Positions 53,594 through 64,000 of a stretch of 64,000 bases of DNA are shown in pieces. Under the pieces are notes generated by a model. It worked only from the letters and a program-made list of their open reading frames with translations, made no database searches and was not told where the DNA came from. This DNA is from Octopus bimaculoides. Taxonomy: Eukaryota. Both the position numbers and the translations under genes were made by a program. The stretch is taken from positions 36,744,674-36,808,673 of the forward strand of contig NC_068982.1 in assembly GCF_001194135.2 (NCBI RefSeq), given 5' to 3'. Every line of letters begins with the position of its first letter. The first letter of the stretch is position 1.

Positions 53594-53618
53594 CACGACG
53601 AACCCTATTACTCAACAT
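53594..53618 (-). CDS. Candidate first coding exon of a divergent gene (MLSNRVRR, phase-1 donor)
   Basis: Minus strand ATG TTG AGT AAT AGG GTT CGT CGT G|GTAAGG. No downstream exon confirmed. Confidence 0.3.
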
Positions 53619-53706
53619 TCTTTAGAAGCGATTAACTTTGAGAAGAGAGATACATTGATTATCTTCTAGTAGATTTGGATTAGCGGTTTATTTTAATGGA
53701 GAAACT

Positions 53707-53749
53707 ATGGCTGCTTTGATTAATCATGTTTATGTTCGAAAAACAAAAG
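53707..53749 (+). CDS. First coding exon of an unidentified host gene (MAALINHVYVRKTK)
   Basis: gaaactATGG start context; perfect donor AAG|GTAAGT at 53750; located in the CpG-retaining region. Confidence 0.65.
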
Positions 53750-53904
53750 GTAAGTTTCAAGAAAGTTAGTATTTGTACTCCCTGTATAGTTAGTTTTTGT
53801 ACTTCCCTACATTGTTGAAATATGTACAATATATGTAATATTCAATTAGTTTAGTTGATGCAATTTCAGAATTGCTCAAAAGCTAGTAGGTGTTATTGTT
53901 ATTT

Positions 53905-54110
53905 TAACCTGGGGTCAACCCTGATCGATCAGACCGATAATCAAAGGTGTTCTAACCGCGACCATCCCGTCATTTTGTATACCTGGGATTACTTTGTTCA
54001 GTTTGTCATTCTTTTTTATAAGACGGCAGGATGAAATTTAAAGGAGATTTGACTGTTATTTCTAGCATGTTGGGCGATTTTGCAGAGGATCTTTCGTTAG
54101 GTCGGAAGCT
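53905..54110 (+). repeat. Dispersed repeat family E (least diverged copy)
   Basis: ggtcaaccctgatcgatcagacc..atcaaaggtgttctaaccgcgaccatcccgtc..gagatttgactgttatttctagc. Confidence 0.55.
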
Positions 54111-54185
54111 CAGCTTGTAATTCACTTTGATTACGTGTACACACACACACACATGTATTGAGTACTTTTTCTCTCATTTGTTAAT

Positions 54186-54230
<45 letters not shown>

Positions 54231-55159
54231 AATTCTCAAAAAGTCACATTTAAGCAATGTTGTGTCAAATGTGTATTCAAACATCACACACATACACACA
54301 TATATACCTTATTATTAGAAAGGGCTTGTTTTTTTTATACGGATGTTTTAAATATTTTAAAATTTTGTGATTTGTTTTAATGTAATTTTAATAGGCAAAA
54401 CGGAATTTTTTTAATTTTTTTTTTAGATAATATCCGAGTTGACAAGTACAGCAAACAAATGTTTGCATCAAGTATGCTTAGGGAACATCATACATACATG
54501 CATGCGCATATTATTGCATTTGCATATCGTCTATGTATGCACTCAAACGCCCCTTTAGTTTCACTTTTTACAGACGTGCGTACTTTCTTTTGCATTTTTA
54601 GTAATACTTTCGCACACATACCTATTCTTTTTTGCGTACATAAATACGTTGCCTTCATACATTCTTAAACGAATTTATAACTTCACTAGTAGGCATTTGG
54701 TAGTCGCGCGCTTGCGCGTACACACACGCTCGCGCGTACACACATTCTTTTCACGCGCCGATATTTATTTACTTAATATTTACTCTTCCTTACAGTTGCC
54801 GTACTCATATTTTCTCAAACACGCACACATGCTGATTACATATTATTCGTGCGAATAAAATTGATACCCAATGATGCTTATATATATATACACATACACA
54901 CACACGCATATATATATATACATATTTAAACACTAGTCATAAACGCATTTGATAGGAAATAATTTCCATGAATGACCCTGAGGAAATGTTTATATCCTAT
55001 TAAGAATTAATCAAAATAGGATTATATATATCTGTTTTTAATCTGTCAGCTATTTAGTCACATTAACTTTGTTATTGGTTATTTTAAACACGTATTATGA
55101 TCAAACTTCTTTATATTCTATTTTCAGTGAGTTTTAGTGTCGATATACGTGTTTGGTTT

Positions 55160-55325
55160 AGCCACAGGTTAACTCTTATCGGGATTATCAAAGATATTCC
55201 AGCCTAACCATCTTGCCTGTTTGGTCAGGTTGGCATTATCTAGTATGTCCTTAATATTCTGAGACTGTAGAGTATGAATTAAGAGAGGTTTTGCTGTTAT
55301 TTCTAGCAGGTTGAGTCTCTACGTG
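55160..55325 (+). repeat. Dispersed repeat family E
   Basis: atcaaagatattccagcctaaccatc..gaggttttgctgttatttctagcagg. Confidence 0.5.
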
Positions 55326-57814
55326 TGCATGTTAAGATCAACATAGTCTGAATATTTTTGCTCGGCTTTTGATTTTATCCATATTTTCTGTTTGTAAAAA
55401 TAAGACTTATTAAGAAAGTAACTTAGGGACAAAATAGATTCATAATTTTTTTTTCTCCTTTAAGTAGGAATTGACGGACTTGAATGTAATGACAGTAAAT
55501 ATATATTTCTGTTATAAGCATAGGGGTACATCATTTCAGAATATAATAGAATCAATCCATTATATTGCCCTTACCTCCAACCTTTCTGGACTGGTACTTA
55601 TTTTATTGATCCTATAAGAATACAGGTAAAGTTGACTCTGGCATAATTTTAAATATATGCTAGTTGTCAATGGATATATGAATATTCTGTATGTTTTTGT
55701 TTGACATTTGTAGGCAAACAATAGTCCATATTCTTAAAAAAGGAAGTTTTAGTATAAATTATATGGCATGTGCCTTACTTATTTGCTCAGCAAATGCAAA
55801 GAAAAATTTCTGGAGAATCGTTTGGTTAAATGGATAAGATTGCAGTCACTTGTTATCAAGAGTTCTCGTTTTGCTGGAGGATTCACAGACCAGCTGGAGT
55901 CATAATGCTTTACTGTATTTATTCTCACTCTTTACATTCTGAGTTGAAATATAGCTATGATTAACTTGGCCTTTCAACCTTTCAGGGTCAATATAATACA
56001 GTACTAGTCAAGCACTGGTGTTGAAGTAATTAATTAGTTCCCTACCTTGAAATTTCTGGCCTTGTACCTATGTTTAAGACATTTTACTTAAATTTGCAAT
56101 TTAGTTTTAAAGTTGTCAAAGAATAACTTTCAAAGTCCACTGGCAAGAAAATGAACAACAACAAAAAAAATACATAAATAAAAAATGAAAGAGAGAGAGA
56201 GAAAAGCTTGAAACTTGAATAATCTCTTGTCATTTGCCTGATACATCTTTGGAATTTCTGTTACTCATCTTAATCAGTGTACAATATTAATTTGGGGCAA
56301 ATTACTTTCCATCCTGTTATTATTATATAAAAATACAATTTCTAGTTCATTCTACTGCTTATTCAACTTTTAAAAATATGAGATTTTCTTAACTAAAATG
56401 TAAATTAAAAAGGAATGTCAGATTTTCTCCATTTCAAGGCCAAGACTTACTGAAACAAACTTTCACATGAGCCTTCAGGAGTAATTTCAGTTGTCTAAAA
56501 ATGTAACATTAAGAAATTTGCTATATGGGTGTGTATGTGTTCCACATACACACATGTATATATAAACAAAACTCTTAGTCTCTCTGGAACATGTGTATAT
56601 TTTTGTCCTTTTGACAGTTTTTGGCTTTTTGACCTAGTTGAAAGGAATAAGCTTGGGAATTAGTTTGCATATTGTTCAGTTTTATTCTTCTCTGGCTAAA
56701 TTTGCATATGATAGAAACATGTAACTCAGTTATCCTTTTAAAATCCTATTGTAGCCCAAACTATATCTCCTTTTTGCTATAAAAAGTTTATAATTAGTGT
56801 TTATTTTTATGTTGGTTGTTTGATTTCCTGCCAGAGCAAAGAATTTTTCTGTTGGACTTTGTTAGTATAAATTTTAACTTGTAGAATGTTTTTTTCCTAA
56901 ACTGAAGTGAATCAGATGAAATAAAGTACATTTACTGTTAACATTTAAAATCAATCTACGTTTGTTTGAACATAAAGAATTTTCTCTTAGTAGTTGGTTA
57001 TTTGAATTATATTATTTTATAAATTCTTGACTTAGATATATATTCTAATGATTACAAATTAGATAATCACTTTATGCAGATTGAATCTAATATCCTTAGT
57101 GACTTAATATTCGTTTTTGTAAAGGAATTTTTCAAGATTGCTATATTGCCTTAAGTCATTTAGAAATGATAAGCAATGTTAACCAGTGCATCAAACGATG
57201 CAGCTTAACAAGGAGCCAACATGTCAGGTGCACTAGTCATAGTAACTAATAACATGAACAGGAGTGACGGAAAAAAGCATGATTAAAATATAAAGTTTCA
57301 CAAAAATTTGAAGGACTGCTATTGTTTTTCATAACAAAGGATTTTCTTTCTGGAAATAGTAGTCATATGAACGTAGGAGTAAGAAGCATGATGCTAAATA
57401 ACTAGAACATAGATAATGAATATAGGGATATCTAATGACTGGATAGGGGTTCAGTATGTACTGTTTTAACTTTAAAAGTTTGGGAGCATGTAAACTATGC
57501 ATGGAAGAAGAGTTTGTGCAAGGGTATACTGATCTACTGCAAAAATAATTTGTAATTTCTTATGTACTCCAACAGCAAAATAGAATAATGGAAAATTTGT
57601 AACAGATGTTTGGATTTTGTAAAGTATTTAATTTTAATAAATAGCATATGATTTTTGTAGATCCTGGAATACATTATTATCATATTAGATACAGTTCTTG
57701 TCTCCTCTAGGAAATGTGAACAAATAAGTATTGTTTGAGTTATTGAATAAATTATGAAATGTATTCATGTTATAAAAACAATGCTTTTTTTTATATTTTA
57801 AATGTTAAAGAAAT

Positions 57815-58260
57815 ATAGGCACAGACATAGCTCTGTGGGTAAGAAATTCACTATGCAACCACATGATTTTGGGTTCAGTCCTACTGAGTGACACCTTCGG
57901 CTAGTATCTTCTATTATAGCCCTGGGCCAACCAATGCCTTGTGAGTGAATTTAGTACACAGAAACTATGTGGAAGCCTGTCGTGTGTGTGTGTTTGTGTG
58001 TCTCTCTCTCCCTCTCTCTCTCTCTCTCTCCCCCTCTCTCTCTCTCTCTCTCTCTGCATATCTCTCTCCATTGCTTGACGACCACTGTTGACTTGTTTAT
58101 GTCCCTATAACTTAATGGCTTCATCAAAGGACACCAGCAGAACAAGTACCTGATTTCAAAAATAAGTACTATGGTTGATTTGTTTGGCTAAAACCTTCAA
58201 GGTGGTGCCCCAGCATGGCTGCATTCCAACAACTAAAACAAGTAAAAGATATAAAAAAGA
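57815..58260 (+). mobile_element. SINE family A, full length, internal (TC)n
   Basis: gggttcagtcctactg..gcctgtcg, then (TG)n(TC)n, then ggtggtgccccagcatggctgca..aacaagtaaaaga. Confidence 0.85.
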
Positions 58261-59784
58261 AGTAAAGACTTTAATGAAAAATTGACAGAAAATGTAAATG
58301 GAAAAACTAGCTATGCTAAAGCAAGAATAGCTGGTTTGTTGAGAGTTATAGTTGTTATCAAAACTGTCTACTTGTGACATGATCAGAAGAAATTTAGGTT
58401 AAAGAAATGATTTGATTGATTATATAGAATGGATCCAAGATGTAACTTTGACAGAATGTCAAAGCTTAGAAAATGTTGATGTTATTGCAGCTTTTATTCT
58501 TTGAAAGCAATCTTATTATAGTAAGGAATCAGCAAAGCATTTTGATCCTGTCTGGTATGAAAATCTACCCAAAATCCCTGACTCATAGATTATATCCCAA
58601 GTTATTTACTTGAGATGACTATTTTTCTTCAGATATATGTAAACGGGGTTGTTTCCAACTCTATAGACTGCCATCTCTGTTTTCTTTTATTTCATTAAGA
58701 ATTCTCTTGCTATCACCTGCAGCTACATATCAACTTTCATTTGCTTTGCTATATTTTTCTCTTATAAATAAGCAAATTTTGCAGAATTAAAAGTAAACCT
58801 ATAAAATACGTTAATATTAAAGTATTAAGTCAGATATTAATAAGAACCTCAAGCTTAATGTTACTCATCTATTCAAGATTAGCAACTTAACTCAAACCTC
58901 CACAACCTCTTTCATGCTTAGTGTCATTATGTCAGATTCCTAGAGAATCTGCCCTTTTCTCTGAGAACCCATGTCTTATTTCCTGATCTTTTCCAATATT
59001 TTTTTCAGAATTTTCTCTGTTCATAGTCAATTTACATTTAAAGGAAATTCATCTGAATGATTTCAACTCTGCTCACTTTGTGAACAAATGAATTTTCATC
59101 ACAACTCCCTAATAGCTATCAGCAGAGCATTCGTTATTTTGAGATTTTAATTTACAAAACATATCTGCCAAGATTTTACTACTTGCTTCTGAGTAAAAAC
59201 TGATATGACATCTTGGGGACAATTGATAGGCATTTGTTGAAGCTTTAAGTTGCAACTTTTGTCAATGTAAACTAATATGGAATATACACCTACATCTTAA
59301 AAAGAAACATAAGTTCTATACAGCACAATTATTTCAAGTCCTCTCCCTCCAAACAGTAAATGATAATATCTATTCTAATAATGATGATTAATAATAATTT
59401 TGGTTTGATACAGAGAGGAGTTTCTCTCTTTCTCACACATGTATACATGCAAATCTATGTTTGCAGGCATAATGATTCTATTTACATCACTTCATTTAGT
59501 TGAAGAATAATGTATTTCTAAGGATGTTATTTGCAATAGACTAGTATTGTATATATGGGGTTATTGGGTGAATTGCATTCTGAATATTATGTGTACAGTC
59601 ATTTCAGAATTAGGATTGCTGCAAAATATGAGCCTGTATAATTTTTATTTTAATATGGTTATTATTATACAGTGTAGAATTAATATGATTTTTACACTTA
59701 TGGTACAAACTTAGGCAGTTGATTATATATGCAATTTGACAAATATTAGAATTCTGCTTTTACAAAGAGGTATTCTATCTTCAG

Positions 59785-59827
59785 GAGATCATAGTAATAT
59801 TCTTGATAATATCTTCACTTCAGATAT
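59785..59827 (+). CDS. Candidate next coding exon (GDHSNILDNIFTSD) of the 53707 gene
   Basis: Acceptor tattctatcttcag and donor AT|GTAAGT; phase-1 entry keeps an open frame with exon 53707-53749. Confidence 0.5.
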
Positions 59828-60871
59828 GTAAGTAATTTTACCCAAAGCAGCAAAATGATTCATATTTCAAGATATGGAATTATGAATTATAATCTAATAT
59901 CCTGTCTAATGCAAATCTTTGAATATCTAGATTGGTTGATATTGGGTTTAGCATTATTTAATTTCAGTTTATTCATGTTTTATTGATAATAAAATGCATT
60001 GTGAAGGAAAATAGCTTGCAGGAGATAACATAGTTAAGATTTATGAAATGTTTAATGGATTAGCTTTCAGAAATTGAATAAGGATTTTAAGGTGATTACA
60101 GTTTTTGCTTGTTCCTGCTCTATACTTGATAAATTTACGTTATTTTTTAAAAATTGAAACCAAAATAATTGTCAAATCAAGTTGGCTTTAAGAAGTTCTA
60201 TACATTAAATTACCAAGTTTACTAGTACATTACTGGCCGAATAAGTATTATCTTGATATTCTTAAAGAAGATTGAAAGTAATTTTTCTTTCTTTCTTTTT
60301 TTTCCCAAGGGTTTTTTGTCTTCTGGTAACTAGAATATTGAGAATATGGTTAGTAGTCATTCACATAGTGATATGCACTATTAATGAGAGTGAAAAGATA
60401 AGTTTTGAAATATAGGATTTGTTCTCTTGTTACTACTTCAGTAAGTTTAGTGGCATCTATGCTTTGCTGAAGAGGTCTAGTAAGATCAAAACATGTTCAG
60501 TATTCTGTACTTGACACAAAAAAAAAAAAAAGCTATTAACCAATGACTAATATTGTGTTTTCTCACCACATAATTTTTCTAATTGTCTCTTAGATACTCT
60601 CTGCATTAAATATGTTAGCACAACTTTTGTGATGGACAATTTTTCTTTTTTTTTATTATAACTTTGTTCATTGGAAAACTGCAATTTAAAGTTTTTATTA
60701 TTTCTAGAAAATTAATTTTTGTCAATTTGCATTTCTTCATTCCATATTCATTTTAATATTTTCAACATATGAGGGTTTTCATACAGTTTCTGTTTACCTA
60801 CAAAAAGAAACAGATATTTACTTTGGTTGATAAATGCTATTAAACTTTAAAATAAATACCAAGCTTTAATT

Positions 60872-61243
60872 GTAGAGGGAACCTGTGGCAGGGGTAGACC
60901 AAGGAAGACATGGGAAAAAGTGTTGAAAAAGGATCTTCAAACTTTGGGCCTCACTGGGGAAATGACAAGGGACCAGGAGTTGTGGCAAATTGTTGTACTT
61001 AAGAAGACACGTCAAGCTAAGTAAAATTGCTTGTCCTTTACAGGTGCCAGTGCTGTGTATATGCACCTGTGCTGGTGGCATGTTAGAAGCACCCAGCACA
61101 TTCTGTAAAGAGGTTGGTGTTAGGAAGGACATCCAGCTGTAGAAATCATATTACAACAGACAACAGCTTCCCAGCTGGCCAGCGCCTGTCAAACCGTCCA
61201 ACCCATGCCAGCATAGAAAACAGACATTAAATGATGATGATGA
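60872..61243 (+). mobile_element. 5'-truncated RTE LINE (ORF2 end, 3' UTR, (GAT)n tail)
   Basis: VEGTCGRGRPRKTWEKVLKKDLQTLGLTGEMTRDQELWQIVVLKKTRQAK* (stop 61022-61024); tail cagacattaaatgatgatgatg. Confidence 0.88.
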
Positions 61244-62289
61244 AGATACTGCTGAAACAAGAAATGTAATAAATATGTTTAAAAGAAATGGTATTGGTTA
61301 ATACAAATGAACATTAATAACTGACCAATGCCAATGCATCTGTCATAAATACAGTCATTTTATAATGATTAATCAATTGGAATCTATGTAGAAATATTTA
61401 GTGATTTCTAAAAAGAGTGGATGTGAAGAAAGAAAGTGAACAATGCTTTTTAAATGAATTCTTACTAGGTGATTGTCAGTTACATTAGAATCCCTGATGT
61501 TATGTATTCACATAAATGTATGCACACTATATCTACTCTCAAATCGCACCTCAAAACACCTTCATCCAATAACTTGCTCTGTCTCTTCCATTTGCATGTA
61601 CACATATGTGCATACATGTACACAGTCTCTCACAAAAATGTGTTGGAAAGAAATTAGCAGTTTTAAGCTTGAGATATTAAACAACATATATTTTGGACAG
61701 CAAAACAATCAGATAGTACAACAGACAGACAAGTGAATTAGTGTCATTTCACCTAAAATCATTTCCTTTTTAATCTATGCTTCTCTACTGTTGGCTGCTC
61801 TCATTTTTTTTGGAAAAAGGCATGTTGAGAGTTATCTTGAAAATTGCAATTCAGTAATATGAAATCCTGTACATTTCTCTGAAGCTTTAATTTTAATTAT
61901 AAACTCTATCTTATACAATTTATCATGTCATCTTATTCAATAATTGTTGCCTTTCTCAACATATGCAAAGTGCACACTCCCAAGTTTATAATCTGAATGT
62001 TAGGAATGTGTAAGATGAATAGGAGATAAAATTTTCCTGCAATATCATTTTGGTACTTGCTTTAGCTTACATAGTTGTTAATGTCAGATAATAAAGATGT
62101 CTGAAAAGTATACTTTCAATTTTTTTTTTTTAATGTCAAGTTTCATTTATGATTCTCAATAAACTTAATATAAAACATATTTCATACATGCTTCTCTACA
62201 ATACTTAATAAAACAGGTTTAGTAAATGGTTATTTAAATAAATTTTAAAATTATTATTTGAACACAAATTCTTCACTCTTAGCTTATTA

Positions 62290-62503
62290 TTCTTTTCCAC
62301 TCTAGGCACAAGGCCTGAAATTTTTGGGAAGGTGGGCAGTCAATTATATCTACCTCAGTATGCAACTGGTACTTAATTTATCGACCCCGAAAGGATGAAA
62401 GGTAAAGTCAACCTCAGCGGAATTTGAACACAGAACATAAAGACAGACAAAACACTGCTAAGCATTTCACCCAGCATGCTAACGTTTCTGCCAGCTCACT
62501 GCC
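62290..62503 (-). mobile_element. tRNA-derived SINE family D
   Basis: Reverse complement of the 45585 family: ctggtacttaatttatcgaccccgaaaggatgaaagg..gaatttgaac..gctaacgtttctgccagctc. Confidence 0.85.
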
Positions 62504-63712
62504 TTTCTTAGTTTATTCACAAATGCAAGGAAACTGATAATGTTTTTATTATTTGTCTTAAATATTGTTTTTAATTTTCGAAAGAGTTCTGGATACTATT
62601 CTCATCTTAGTGATATCTGACCATCATCTATAACCATTATATGATGTTTTTATAGTCAGTGTAATATATTTCTATCTCCTTTTATTGTTGATATATGAAT
62701 AGTTATTTAAAAAAGTAGAAGTGGACTTGTATGTCAGCTCTGGATCTCAAGAGTTTAATTATTGCTTGATTTGTGTACAGAGAAAATACTTGACGATGTA
62801 CAGATAGTCTTACTACTTTATTGGAACAAGTCATCGAGTGTTTATAACAGTTTGAAAGCTTACATTCCTATAAGACCTAGTATAAATAAATCTGTCAAAT
62901 CCACTGTTGTTCTTACAAAAAGGACATGCTTAACATTTTGCTGATAAGTCAGCACAGTATAACTTTACAAGTTTAGAACTGAAGTTCAGTTTCATGTGTA
63001 TTAAGCATTGATCACAAAGAGAAACGTTTGACATTATTTTCTTTTAATATTCTATTTCTAGTGTAGTATGAATGATGCTATTTTAATTTGATTTCCTTGA
63101 AAAGATTTTTTTCAGACTCTTACATTTTTATAGATATTACTGTTATGTAATTCACACATCCAACTTTATTCAAAGCTATAAATACCTCTTATGGGAACAA
63201 GGAATGACATACATTTACTAAAGTCATTTTGACTTCAGAATCTTATATTACCTATCTATAAGAAAAGCTCTAGCAACTCTCCCCATCTCCCAAAATATGG
63301 CAATTAAAAAGAATAGTAGTTGCCATTAAAGTAAAGGTTATATTTTTTTTCACTGAAATTTCCTTTAAGCCCTGAAGTGTATATGATATCAAATATTCAT
63401 TTATAATAAGGTCTTTTTTTTTTTTTTTTTTTTTTTTCACTTTTTAAAATTTTTGAATCAGCTTTCTTTAGTTTTATGAATATTATTGATCATTCTTCAC
63501 TGGTTATCGCAGTTCAAATCTTAGAAAAAGAGGACGTACATAATAACAATATATGAACTGAATAGCAGTTGTCAAAATGATAACATGCTTTGTGTCTTTA
63601 ATATTTAATTCCCCATCAGTTTAGAGATGCATTACATATCTACAGTGGCATCATTGATAATGACTAACTGACTGAAATTTTGATACATTTGTACTTTGCA
63701 TTATATATAATA

Positions 63713-63760
63713 CTAGCAGAAATACCCGGCCTTGCCCGGGTTAAAGAGAATAATGAAATC
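63713..63760 (-). mobile_element. Helitron-type 3' terminus (second copy; element extent unknown)
   Basis: Minus strand cccgggcaaggccggg hairpin, then tatttctg, then CTAG|T; same architecture as 12746-12773. Confidence 0.75.
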
Positions 63761-64000
63761 TAAAAACGCTGTCTAGACTACGCAACCCTCAACTGTTAGT
63801 AGCTACGATACCATATTTCTACATTAATAACTCTCCAATCCATGCCAGCATGGAACATAGATATTAAGTGGAATGCTAGAAGAAAGTTTTCAACTCATAT
63901 GTATATAAAGTAAATACACGTAATTCAGAAACACGTTTTGTGTATTTTATTTCATAACCAAACAAACAGGTACAGATTATAAATAATGAAAGGCCAATTT

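Larger units (their letters stand above)
52600..55200. promoter_or_regulatory. CpG-retaining region around putative transcription start(s)
   Basis: CpGs are visibly more frequent here (e.g. 53140-53640, gtcgcgcgcttgcgcgt at about 54703) than in the CpG-poor flanks, and the region coincides with a first-coding-exon signature. Visual impression, not computed. Confidence 0.5.

Overview
AT-rich, repeat-dominated animal genomic scaffold with 8 N-gaps and abundant (TA)n/(CA)n/(GA)n microsatellites. The repeat families look octopod/cephalopod-like, which is a recognition from memory and not a database result. Almost all coding signal comes from decayed transposons: a Penelope-like RT, several RTE-clade LINE pieces, CR1/L2-like LINE RTs, mariner, maT/DD37D-like, Tc1, pogo and Tigger transposases, and a Helitron PIF1-type helicase with an intact 3' terminus. 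There are also at least 15 copies of a modular tRNA-derived SINE. Host genes are visible only as a few short candidate exons. The best supported is a + strand gene starting at 53707 in a CpG-retaining region; weaker candidates lie at 6105, 23629 and 53618 (-). I found no intact multi-gene novel system. The most interesting observations are: (i) two independent Penelope-associated hammerhead-ribozyme-like motifs sharing the same two non-canonical features, one duplicated into a 370-bp fold-back; (ii) a TA-flanked MITE resembling mammalian MER46C/Tigger4 as I recall it; (iii) recurrent local fold-back inversions; (iv) a PHD-type finger inside RTE ORF2; (v) a possible very tight head-to-head gene pair.
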